Source of the DNA: a virus
IMG/VR virus record: IMGVR_UViG_3300031983_000005
Coordinates: 1 to 41,691 of that record
Length of the DNA: 41,691 bases
Direction: 5' to 3' (one strand)
Both the position numbers and the translations under genes were made by a program. Positions within the stretch are counted from its first letter, which is position 1, and every line of letters starts with the position of its first letter. This document shows, piece by piece, positions 31,893-38,971 of the stretch. The notes beneath the pieces were generated by a model. That model was given only the letters and a program-made list of their open reading frames with translations, made no database searches and was not told where the DNA came from.

Positions 31893-32072
31893 TTAGACTT
31901 TCGCCGGTCCGGTGATCACCGGTTTGATCTCTTTGTCCTTTTTGAGCCGCTGTTTGACCGTATCAACGTCCTTGAATTTCTTGTCAGAATAGTCGAGGAT
32001 CTTACCAAGATCGCGGTCGATCAGCGTCCACCGCTTTGTTTTCGGGTTTTGTAATTGAACTAAATCAGCCAT
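31893..32072 (-). CDS. Hypothetical small protein (59 aa)
   Basis: Track ORF 31893..32117 trimmed to ATG 32072 (MADLVQLQNPKTKRWTLIDR...), which sits 2 nt after the stop of the preceding frame. Confidence 0.55.
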   Translation of the reverse strand: MADLVQLQNPKTKRWTLIDRDLGKILDYSDKKFKDVDTVKQRLKKDKEIKPVITGPAKV

Positions 32073-32073
32073 A

Positions 32074-32288
32074 TTAACTTCCATCTGGTGCTGCGTGATA
32101 AACCTTGAACATTTCATCTCTTTCGCCTCGTACCCATTTCGACCAGTCTGTCGATCTCAAAACGATTAAAACCTCATTAAAATCGGTTCCCTCGATCGCG
32201 GCAAAAAGTAATTGTTCAACTGATAAATCGCCAAAATCCTCGCATTTTTTTCAAGATCCTGAACTTCTTTAATACAATCTTTAGTCAT
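32074..32288 (-). CDS. Hypothetical protein needing a -1 shift (or one extra A) in an A7 run to be read as 71 aa
   Basis: ATG 32288 overlaps the rSAM stop (ATGA). Frame 0 gives MTKDCIKEVQDLEKNARILAIYQLNNYFLPRSREPILMRF. After a -1 shift at GAAAAAAAT (32245-32251) it reads ...EKKCEDFGDLSVEQLLFAAIEGTDFNEVLIVLRSTDWSKWVRGERDEMFKVYHAAPDGS and ends at TAA 32076..32074. Confidence 0.45.
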
Positions 32289-33571
32289 ATCAAGCTCCTT
32301 TGTTTTAAAACGGTTTGTTTTTTTTGTTTTTTATCGTCATGTGGGAATGTAATATCGAGCCGGTTAAACTTTCCCCTGAGCAAGTCGCCGAGTCCGAGTT
32401 CGTCACACCGGTCAATGTAAGTTTGAAAACCGCCGTCCAGGTGTGGAAATACTTCTTTTTCCAGGACGAAAATCGCCTCAAGTTCCGCCGCGCTGCTTGC
32501 TCGCTCTTTTAGGGTTTGTTCAATTTTCGAGTACGGTTTCAGGTTATTCGATTTATAGATCCGGAGCCGGCTATTAACCCGACGCCAGTGAAATAGCACT
32601 TTCTGAAAATCGACCACCTTGATTTTTGTCAGGTCGAACCGCTCCAACGGCGTGTAAATATTCGGGTTGAAATAATTGATAATAAGATTTAAGCGTGGTT
32701 TTCTGTTTATGGAGTCCGGCTTGACGATTTTTTCCGCGAATTCGATCCACTGATCAGTGGTGTCTATGCCAGCGATAAAAAATATATTGCATTCCTTGTG
32801 ATGTTCAAGCGTTTTCTGGACGAATTCGGTGATCTCTTTATCCTTGATATGCTTTCCGAAAAAATAGCGTCCTTCCTCGGTGACTGATTCCACGCCGGCG
32901 CGAATTAAATTGAGTTTGGCATAATCGAGGGGCGCTTTATTGTATTCCTTGAGCATCACGTCGCTGACTTTTCGGCCGATATTCGATTTTGAATAATCGT
33001 TCGTGACCACGTTCAACATTTTTCCGCGCGTTTTTTCGTATGCCATTTTAAGGTGCATCGAGTTCGGGTTCCGTTGATATGAATTGATCCAACTTGTCGC
33101 GCAAAAATTACATTTGAACCGGCAGCCAGTTGACCAGAATATCCCGAACGTGTTTTTTCCGGTCTGTATCAGTGGGATCATTTCCCAATCAATAAACTGA
33201 TTAAACTCGAATTGGCCGGTTTTATCTTTATGATAAATATAGGGTTTATCCGCCAGCGCGTCGAGCGATCCGTCCAGATCTTTGAAAAACTGAAAGCCAT
33301 GACCCAGGTTGACAAGATCCGCAAATTCCGCGATCGCGAGGGGCGCGTATGTGGCATGACCGCCGGCGACGATTGGCCGGTCCGTCATTTTCCGGAGCCG
33401 TTTTATATCTTTGATTTCTGAATGGTGTGCCAGGCTGATCGTGGCAAAATCACAATCGGCCGGATCTTCGACGATTTCGTGACCGTTCTTTTTCGCGATG
33501 TGTTTGATTAATTCCTGCGTGTAAAAAGTGACTTCCTCGCGGTCGTATTTATTATAATAGTATACCTTCAT
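32285..33571 (-). CDS. Radical SAM protein with N-terminal B12-binding-like domain (class B-like)
   Basis: Track ORF, 428 aa. Has the CRFKCNFC (CxxxCxxC) cluster motif after an N-terminal Rossmann-like domain (PIVAGGHATYAPL), and later FFIAGIDT... and NYFNPNIYTPLER segments. Confidence 0.8.
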   Translation of the reverse strand: MKVYYYNKYDREEVTFYTQELIKHIAKKNGHEIVEDPADCDFATISLAHHSEIKDIKRLRKMTDRPIVAGGHATYAPLAIAEFADLVNLGHGFQFFKDLDGSLDALADKPYIYHKDKTGQFEFNQFIDWEMIPLIQTGKNTFGIFWSTGCRFKCNFCATSWINSYQRNPNSMHLKMAYEKTRGKMLNVVTNDYSKSNIGRKVSDVMLKEYNKAPLDYAKLNLIRAGVESVTEEGRYFFGKHIKDKEITEFVQKTLEHHKECNIFFIAGIDTTDQWIEFAEKIVKPDSINRKPRLNLIINYFNPNIYTPLERFDLTKIKVVDFQKVLFHWRRVNSRLRIYKSNNLKPYSKIEQTLKERASSAAELEAIFVLEKEVFPHLDGGFQTYIDRCDELGLGDLLRGKFNRLDITFPHDDKKQKKQTVLKQRSLI

Positions 33572-34202
33572 TTTTCTTGACTATCCCCATCAATTTGGTT
33601 CCAAATTCATTGTATTTCTTTTGATCGGTGTCGAATACGTCCAGTAATTTGTCGCTCAAATCGGTGATATATTCGCAAATATCCGGATCGTCTATAAAAC
33701 AAACGATATTATGGATCTGCAGCGCGAGGGCATTTCCGGCGTAAATATGCCCTTTGGCGGAATTGGCTTTCAGATCTGGGTTTTTGATGATATCGAAATT
33801 GAACATTTCTTTTAGTTCCGGACCGCTGTAAATAAAATCAGTTTTCATCTTGCCGATGATCTTTTTCATTTCCTTTTCGAGTAATCCATAATCCCAATAT
33901 GAGCGTTCACCGAGCCGATTGTCCGCAATCCGGTACGCCGTCTTGTGATCCTCTTTCATGCCTCGATGGATCACGACGGTGACGGAGCCCATCTTTAATT
34001 TTTTCGCTGCTTTTAGCGCGGTGTGTCCATACAATAAAACAAGATCCTCATCCACGCCGATCGGCCGGATGAATCCGAATTCCTTAATCGAGTCAGCAAT
34101 ATACTGGACCGCGTCGTCATTTACTCGCGGATTATCCTCGTAGGGAACGAGATCCGTGAGGACGACTTTTTTTAATTCCTGTTTGACGTCGGGGATCTTC
34201 AT
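33552..34202 (-). CDS. ParB N-terminal (ParBc) domain protein
   Basis: Track ORF, 216 aa. LVPYEDNPRVNDDAVQYIADSIKEFGFIRPIGV...LLYGHTALKAAKKL...YRIADNRL is the ParB-like nuclease-domain pattern. Its 3' end overlaps the rSAM start by 20 nt. Confidence 0.8.
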   Translation of the reverse strand: MKIPDVKQELKKVVLTDLVPYEDNPRVNDDAVQYIADSIKEFGFIRPIGVDEDLVLLYGHTALKAAKKLKMGSVTVVIHRGMKEDHKTAYRIADNRLGERSYWDYGLLEKEMKKIIGKMKTDFIYSGPELKEMFNFDIIKNPDLKANSAKGHIYAGNALALQIHNIVCFIDDPDICEYITDLSDKLLDVFDTDQKKYNEFGTKLMGIVKKNEGILL

Positions 34203-34438
34203 TTTATGAGGCCCATAAATTCAAATGCGATTTGTTTGGCCTCGGCTTTGGTTTTTGCGATCTTTGTTATTTCTTTTCCGTCCGACCATTTACTGATCAC
34301 GTACCCATTAGAAACGTGTTTGATGCTGACGTCTGTCGAGTTGGGCTGGACCGCGCGGAATACGCTGACTGCTTTTTTGATTTTGCGCTTTGGAATCTTA
34401 CCTTTTTTTGCTGGCGTTTTTACTTTTCGGGTAGCCAT
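34199..34438 (-). CDS. Small basic protein, DUF2188-like (79 aa)
   Basis: Track ORF 34199..34534 trimmed to ATG 34438, which follows GGAGGG. Sequence is MATRKVKTPAKKGK...VSNGYVISKWSDGKEITKIAKTKAEAKQIAFEF. Confidence 0.6.
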   Translation of the reverse strand: MATRKVKTPAKKGKIPKRKIKKAVSVFRAVQPNSTDVSIKHVSNGYVISKWSDGKEITKIAKTKAEAKQIAFEFMGLIK

Positions 34439-34461
34439 ATCAAAACCCTCCATTTTTCCGG

Positions 34462-34470
34462 AATATAACA
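34462..34470 (-). promoter_or_regulatory. Extended -10 promoter candidate (TGtTATATT, minus-strand sense) for the packaging/late operon
   Basis: The reverse complement of 34462-34470 is TGTTATATT, about 25 nt upstream of ATG 34438. I see no clear -35. Confidence 0.3.
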
Positions 34471-34508
34471 AATTTTTGACGGTTTTTTCGCTTTTTTTTC
34501 GATTGAAC

Positions 34509-34523
34509 GTGATAGATGGAGCG
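34509..34523 (-). promoter_or_regulatory. Conserved motif, degenerate copy e (CGCTCCATCTATCAC, 13 of 15 core positions)
   Basis: Lies in the divergent intergenic region, about 70 nt upstream of ATG 34438. Confidence 0.5.
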
Positions 34524-34580
34524 ATCGAGATCAAAAAAGTTACCGGTAAGTGTAAAAAGTGCGAAAAAAGAAAAAAAGAT

Positions 34581-34609
34581 TTGCATCATAAGGTCTTTAG
34601 TGCTATATT
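34581..34609 (+). promoter_or_regulatory. Sigma70-type promoter with extended -10 (early-right operon 2)
   Basis: TTGCAT (34581-34586), 17-nt spacer ending in TGC, TATATT (34604-34609). Near-identical to the 6879-6907 promoter and leader. Confidence 0.65.
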
Positions 34610-34640
34610 TATATCAACCAAACAGAGAAAGGCACCAATC

Positions 34641-35171
34641 ATGTTAAGTTTAAAACTTTCAGATCTTCCCGAAGGAATCGAAATTTATTATCATGGCGAT
34701 ATGGCCAACGATTCAGGGTTCGGCGTCGTGTCCGGTCATAATGTCGATAAATTCGGTCACTTTGTAAAGGTCACAATGAACGACGGCCGCCGGTTCACCT
34801 TGCCGGTGTCCAACTTTTCAAGCGAATACGCCGGAAACGGCCTCACGCGTTTCGTCACTCGCGCCGCCTATAACGATTATCAAAAAGCGTGTCAATTAAA
34901 TTTCGCCAAAACTTTCGCCAGATCCCAAAATAAAAAATTCGTCGCTGCCCTCTGCGATCATCCCAAAATGAAAGTAATCGAAAAACAGTATTTTTACACA
35001 AAAGCCGAGGCTGTCAAATGGGCTCGCGATCAAGTCGAGGGTTATTGTCAATGTTCCGATGCGATCGTTTCCGAGGAACGCGATCAAAACGGCGTTCAAT
35101 GGGTCGAATATATAGTTGAAACCGAAACCGGAATTTTAGATTTTTATGTCGAAATCCATCCAATAAATTAA
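34641..35171 (+). CDS. Hypothetical protein (176 aa)
   Basis: Track ORF 34206..35171 trimmed to ATG 34641 downstream of the promoter and RBS. The longer version is antisense read-through of the neighbouring gene. Confidence 0.7.
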   Translation: MLSLKLSDLPEGIEIYYHGDMANDSGFGVVSGHNVDKFGHFVKVTMNDGRRFTLPVSNFSSEYAGNGLTRFVTRAAYNDYQKACQLNFAKTFARSQNKKFVAALCDHPKMKVIEKQYFYTKAEAVKWARDQVEGYCQCSDAIVSEERDQNGVQWVEYIVETETGILDFYVEIHPIN

Positions 35172-35187
35172 CCGAAAGGGCTTAATC

Positions 35188-35457
35188 ATGTCGATTTTAT
35201 TATCCGAATATTTAAAGATCCTCCAGACCGGTGAAAATCCGGTCGTCTATATTGCCGCGATGTACCAGGCTTTTAGAGTCACCGGTATGGCGCCCAATAT
35301 GTGGGTCGTAACCGGCTCCGATTTATCTCAGCGGTCCTGGTGTTGCCATTCCGGAACGCCGCTTTTTTATACTCGCGAGGAATGCGAGGCTTATATCAAA
35401 TTATTGCAAGCCACCGATCAGCGGATTCAAGAAAAATACGGCGGCGTCAGATCGTAG
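35188..35457 (+). CDS. Hypothetical protein (89 aa)
   Basis: Track ORF. RBS is AAAGGGCTTAATCATG. Confidence 0.7.
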   Translation: MSILLSEYLKILQTGENPVVYIAAMYQAFRVTGMAPNMWVVTGSDLSQRSWCCHSGTPLFYTREECEAYIKLLQATDQRIQEKYGGVRS

Positions 35458-35477
35458 CCGCCTCCACTATCACATTC
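35457..35477 (+). promoter_or_regulatory. Conserved motif, degenerate plus-strand copy f (GCCGCCTCCACTATCACATTC)
   Basis: Same orientation relative to its gene as the minus-strand copies, 22 nt upstream of ATG 35499. 11 of 15 core positions match. Confidence 0.4.
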
Positions 35478-35498
35478 ACAAAACGAAAGGGCTTAAAT

Positions 35499-35804
35499 AT
35501 GCCAAAATCAAAAACAAATATGCCACCGAAAGACGAACGCGATCCACTCGCGTTTCAGTCGAACGAAACGGTGAAATTGATCAAGATTGAATACGTCGAT
35601 TCAATGGGGCGGCCGACCGACTGTTATTTCCGCGTATCGCTCAAATGTTACAAATTCCTGACCTTGATGTACGACCGGAAATATTATCTCAAATCGCTCG
35701 ACGTCTTATTTAACGACGGAACCCTTCACACGCGGACCGACGAAACGGACGCGATCGCTGTCGTGCGCGGTCTTTTAACCGAGGCCGAAAAAATTTATTT
35801 TTAG
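35499..35804 (+). CDS. Hypothetical protein (101 aa)
   Basis: Track ORF 35301..35804 trimmed to ATG 35499, preceded by GAAAGGGCTTAAAT. Confidence 0.65.
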   Translation: MPKSKTNMPPKDERDPLAFQSNETVKLIKIEYVDSMGRPTDCYFRVSLKCYKFLTLMYDRKYYLKSLDVLFNDGTLHTRTDETDAIAVVRGLLTEAEKIYF

Positions 35805-35831
35805 TTCAACCAACCAAGAAAGGGCTTTATT

Positions 35832-36434
35832 ATGTCAGTAGAATCCACAATCACCAAATTCAAAGCGACCGGCGAAGATCTTGAAAACGCCGCCTATGCG
35901 TTCAAGAAGATCGCAACAAAACCCCAGGTCGAGGCTGCCGGTTTGATCCTCGGTCAGATCTCACAGAGCATCAAGGATCTTGAGGCTCAGCGCTTCAGTT
36001 ATACCGGTCCGCTGAACGCATCCTTAGACAAAATCAACGAGGATTTTCGCGTCGTCGCCGATCCGTTCCACCAGGCGAAAGCATATTTAAACGAAAAGGT
36101 CGCCGACTGGCACACCGCCGAACAAGATCGCATCGATGCCGAAAATGAGAAGATTCGGAAAGAGGAAGAACGCCGCCGGAAAATTCAGGAATCACACAAA
36201 GAACGCGGCCACGAAACGACCGAGGAAATTCACCTGCCCCAAACGCCGAAAAAATTGAATAAAATCGGCGGCGCCTATACTCGCAAAATATGGGTTTTCA
36301 AGGTCATAAACATCAACCTGGTTCCCCGGAAATATTTGCAATTAGATACGACGATCATCAATAATGAGATCCGCGAGGGCGTCCGCAATATCAAAGGTAT
36401 CAAGATTTATCAAAAAACGACGGTGGTGTCCTAA
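35832..36434 (+). CDS. Coiled-coil protein (200 aa), possibly Gp157/DUF1351-like
   Basis: Track ORF. It has a long charged helix and a C-terminal W.FKV...VPRKYL...IKGIKIY segment seen in recombination-module accessory proteins. This family call is tentative. Confidence 0.6.
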   Translation: MSVESTITKFKATGEDLENAAYAFKKIATKPQVEAAGLILGQISQSIKDLEAQRFSYTGPLNASLDKINEDFRVVADPFHQAKAYLNEKVADWHTAEQDRIDAENEKIRKEEERRRKIQESHKERGHETTEEIHLPQTPKKLNKIGGAYTRKIWVFKVININLVPRKYLQLDTTIINNEIREGVRNIKGIKIYQKTTVVS

Positions 36435-36724
36435 TGGAAAAGACAAGTTATCACTGTGATCAATGCAAGAAAAAAGTCGAGAATGCCAAAGATTTAGAGT
36501 ATGTTTCATACGGAATCTATGATTATAATCGCGGCTTTGATTCGCGATATCCTAAATTTAAAGTCGATATGTGCCAGGCGTGTCGCGTCAAAATCGGCTT
36601 AACTGAGATCGTTTTAAAAGATAACAAAGCCGAGGAACGCGAGATTAAAACGACCGCCGAGGAATTTTATCAGATCGTCGTCAGGATCTTCGAGGAAAAT
36701 TTCTTAGGTCAGGAAGGTGAATAA
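36434..36724 (+). CDS. Zinc-ribbon protein (96 aa)
   Basis: Track ORF. CDQC...CQAC pairs. ATG overlaps the preceding stop. Confidence 0.7.
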   Translation: MEKTSYHCDQCKKKVENAKDLEYVSYGIYDYNRGFDSRYPKFKVDMCQACRVKIGLTEIVLKDNKAEEREIKTTAEEFYQIVVRIFEENFLGQEGE

Positions 36725-36933
36725 TGCCAAACGAAAAACGTCCATATAACAAAGATCAGAATATCAAGGACCGGCCGTTCAAAGAATACTGTTTAAGGGT
36801 GTACGTGCCGCCGTCCGATCGCGCTGAATTCGACGCTATGATCGCTAAACTCATGCTTGAATACAACGTCCGGAGCGTGTCAGCCGTCATACGACTGGCC
36901 ATTCGAGAGGCTGCCGTTATTTCCGGCGTGTAA
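36724..36933 (+). CDS. Ribbon-helix-helix-like DNA-binding protein (69 aa)
   Basis: Track ORF. CLRVYVPPSDRAEFDAMIAKL...RSVSAVIRLAIREAA fits a CopG/Arc-type strand-helix-helix. Confidence 0.55.
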   Translation: MPNEKRPYNKDQNIKDRPFKEYCLRVYVPPSDRAEFDAMIAKLMLEYNVRSVSAVIRLAIREAAVISGV

Positions 36934-36941
36934 CCAAAACC

Positions 36942-36976
36942 AGCCCCCTATTTGTTTTCAGGTAGGGGGCTTTTTA
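36942..36976 (+). terminator. Rho-independent terminator
   Basis: AGCCCCCTA (36942-36950), 12-nt loop, TAGGGGGCT (36963-36971), then TTTTT. Confidence 0.75.
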
Positions 36977-36980
36977 TATT
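36952..36980 (+). promoter_or_regulatory. Sigma70-type promoter candidate embedded in the terminator
   Basis: TTGTTT (36952-36957, in the terminator loop), 17-nt spacer, TATATT (36975-36980), about 35 nt upstream of ATG 37016. Confidence 0.4.
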
Positions 36981-37015
36981 ATTCGCAAATAACCAAACCG
37001 AAAGGAAGGAACAAA

Positions 37016-37144
37016 ATGAATTTTAACCAACATTCAGAGGACCATTTCACGCGGTCAAAGGGAAGTTCCCTTTTTTACACCGCCCTATTTTACTTTATTT
37101 CAGCCGCGATTGTTTTTGTCCATATAATCGCGATCAATTATTAA
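37016..37144 (+). CDS. Small membrane peptide (42 aa)
   Basis: Track ORF 36857..37144 trimmed to ATG 37016 after AAAGGAAGGAAC. Sequence is MNFNQHSEDHFTRSKGSSLFYTALFYFISAAIVFVHIIAINY. Confidence 0.5.
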   Translation: MNFNQHSEDHFTRSKGSSLFYTALFYFISAAIVFVHIIAINY

Positions 37145-37154
37145 GGTGGAAAAT

Positions 37155-37316
37155 ATGGAAAATTTATATGATATTTTAATCATGATCGTCGCCCTCATTC
37201 TGCTTATTTGGCTGTTTTCCTTGCTGCATGGAATATATAAGCGACTCGGCATAATTGCAGGAATCAAACCCAAGCCACGACGCGAGGGTATGTTTGCTCC
37301 TATTCGTGAGAAATAG
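37155..37316 (+). CDS. Small membrane protein (53 aa)
   Basis: Manual ORF after AAGGTGGAAAAT: MENLYDILIMIVALILLIWLFSLLHGIYKRLGIIAGIKPKPRREGMFAPIREK. Confidence 0.5.
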   Translation: MENLYDILIMIVALILLIWLFSLLHGIYKRLGIIAGIKPKPRREGMFAPIREK

Positions 37317-37329
37317 GTAAAAAACCATA

Positions 37330-37719
37330 ATGGAAAAAAATAAATCGCTTGGTGAAATCGCATACGACAGAAAACGCAGAGGGGAAAATTTAATAAATTA
37401 CAATTATCAGAAAAACGGCAGATGTAAAATAACCGTACCAATTCCGATTGCAAAACAGGCAAATATAGAACCCGGAGTAAAAGTATTAATCTTGTGGGAT
37501 GGGGACATAAAACAATTTACAATCAGATTAATAACAGATTCAGATCAATTAAAATTTGGTTATACCGCTCAACATCGAAAAGCAGAAGGGGGTTGGCGAG
37601 TATACTTCACTTTCAAACATTACCCAAACTTACAAATGCCAAAAGCGAGTTATAGAATTTATGATTATCAAATAAGCAACGGACTTTGTTTTCTAATAAG
37701 AGGAGAGGAAAGAGGCTAA
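37330..37719 (+). CDS. Hypothetical protein with possible AbrB/SpoVT-like N-terminal segment (129 aa)
   Basis: Track ORF. KITVPIPIAKQANIEPGVKVLILW resembles the looped-hinge-helix pattern. AT-rich. Confidence 0.55.
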   Translation: MEKNKSLGEIAYDRKRRGENLINYNYQKNGRCKITVPIPIAKQANIEPGVKVLILWDGDIKQFTIRLITDSDQLKFGYTAQHRKAEGGWRVYFTFKHYPNLQMPKASYRIYDYQISNGLCFLIRGEERG

Positions 37720-38078
37720 GCGGCATTTTTAACGAGGGTTTGCCAGCGTAGTATTTGAAGCGCTCTGAATCCTTCTGAATTCGTCAATAAATTTACCACA
37801 TCTTGAGCCGTCGCGACTATATAAACGACGGCTTTTTGCTTTGAATTCCAGGCGATTTCCTCGTCCGTTAATTTTTGCGCGCTCTTGCATTTCTCGCCGT
37901 CCTTAATCTCGATCATAAACCATTCATTCCGATAACTGACCACAATATCAACAAAGCCGTCACCGACGCCGCTGGTTACAGTGACGGCCGCCCCAAAATC
38001 CCGGAATGCCTTGACAATATCCTTTTGATTGCTGTCGGTATTTCCGTGTTTTCTCAATCGGTGATCCTCCGAATCCAC
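37716..38078 (-). CDS. PD-(D/E)XK nuclease, VRR-NUC / Hjc-like (resolvase candidate); GTG start
   Basis: Track ORF, 120 aa. GFVDIVVSYRNEWFMIEIKDG provides the D...E.K catalytic pattern. Confidence 0.6.
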   Translation of the reverse strand: MDSEDHRLRKHGNTDSNQKDIVKAFRDFGAAVTVTSGVGDGFVDIVVSYRNEWFMIEIKDGEKCKSAQKLTDEEIAWNSKQKAVVYIVATAQDVVNLLTNSEGFRALQILRWQTLVKNAA

Positions 38079-38548
38079 GAATATAAATATTTCCGGCGCG
38101 TCTTATTTCTGGCCAGTTTTCTATAATAGCAAAGCCGCAAATAATTATAATAAGCCGCCAGCGGTTTCGCCTCAATCGCTTTCACTCGCTGCAGCGAATA
38201 GCGACCGATAATTCCGTCTATTACCAGGGGTGTGAACGGCGATTTATTGAGCGCGTTCGCGGCAATTTGAAGATATTTCGACGCTCTCCGGACGCCGGCA
38301 TTTACCGCAAAATCAAAAACGGTGTGAGCTAGATCTTGATCCCGTATATCAGCGCAACCGGACCGGTTTCAGTAATCGCGCCAGTATATATTGCGGACCT
38401 GTCGATCGGTTATATTTGGGATATCCAGATCCGGATAAGCACGTTTTGAGATCCCGAAATTCGTTTCGCCGCCTGGGTCGTCCGGATCGTTGACATACCC
38501 GCCCTCAAAAACGAGCGTCTTTTTAAGTGCCTGGTTAAAATTCGCCAT
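38054..38548 (-). CDS. GH108-type lysozyme (endolysin) with PG_binding_3-like C-terminus, interrupted by one in-frame TGA
   Basis: Manual translation, absent from the ORF track: MANFNQALKKTLVFEGGYVNDPDDPGGETNFGISKRAY...RNIYWRDY-TGA-NRSGCADIRDQDLAHTVFDFAVNAGVRRASKYLQ...VIDGIIGRYSLQRVKA...SWIRRITD. The EGGY catalytic motif and FDxAVNxG are present. Confidence 0.8.
38369..38371 (-). other. In-frame TGA inside the endolysin gene, at the position of the family-conserved Trp
   Basis: Plus strand reads tca at 38369-38371. It is flanked by TAC (Tyr) and AAC (Asn) codons in the lysin frame. Confidence 0.85.
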
Positions 38549-38557
38549 AAATGCCGC

Positions 38558-38971
38558 CTAAAATTCGAGCATCAAAACCTTGAATTTACCCTTTGAAATG
38601 CTGGCCGGTGGCTTTGCCCTGAAATATTCGCCGACTGTATCACTCGGCGCGCTTTCATAACTGAATAAACTATCGATCGGGGCGTAAATATCCGGCCCGT
38701 TGTATTGCACCGCCGTCGCGAAAAAATCGCGCTCAATAAAACTATAAAGCGAATCAAGCGCCCACAAATCGAATTGCAACGCGTTCGCCGCCGTCGTGTC
38801 CAGTATCCCGAATGACGTGTCCGCGGCGCTTTTTTGATAAATAATAATATGGATCGTGCTGTCTGGGTATGGTGTAAAATCATAATCCCACATCAGCAAA
38901 CGCGGCGCCAGATTTTGAGCGCATCCGGTCACCGCGAGAATTAAAATAAATAAAAGGATTAAAGTTTTCAT
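38558..38971 (-). CDS. Lipoprotein (137 aa)
   Basis: Track ORF. Signal peptide with lipobox (LILAVTGC). Located immediately upstream of the lysin gene. Confidence 0.7.
   Translation of the reverse strand: MKTLILLFILILAVTGCAQNLAPRLLMWDYDFTPYPDSTIHIIIYQKSAADTSFGILDTTAANALQFDLWALDSLYSFIERDFFATAVQYNGPDIYAPIDSLFSYESAPSDTVGEYFRAKPPASISKGKFKVLMLEF

Noticed and set aside
34206-34640. The 321-aa version of ORF 34206..35171
   Set aside because: The first 145 codons are antisense read-through of gene 34199..34438 and of the promoter region. The ATG at 34641 sits at the proper distance from a near-consensus promoter and an RBS that are duplicated at 6879-6943.
37100-37462. Minus-strand ORF 37100..37462 (120 aa), and plus-strand ORF 748..948 in the small-gene block
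   Set aside because: Each is antisense to two or three better-supported small genes that have RBSs and start/stop coupling. Their composition is low-complexity and Phe/Ile/Ser-rich, as expected for AT-rich antisense frames.
38369-38371. Genome-wide TGA-to-Trp (code 4) or TGA-to-Gly (code 25) reassignment, or selenocysteine, as the explanation for the lysin TGA
   Set aside because: At least six genes terminate on TGA, several in ATGA start/stop overlaps. All large genes are uninterrupted in the standard code. Only a minimal 4-bp hairpin follows the codon, which is nothing like a bacterial SECIS element, and the family position is Trp, not Cys.
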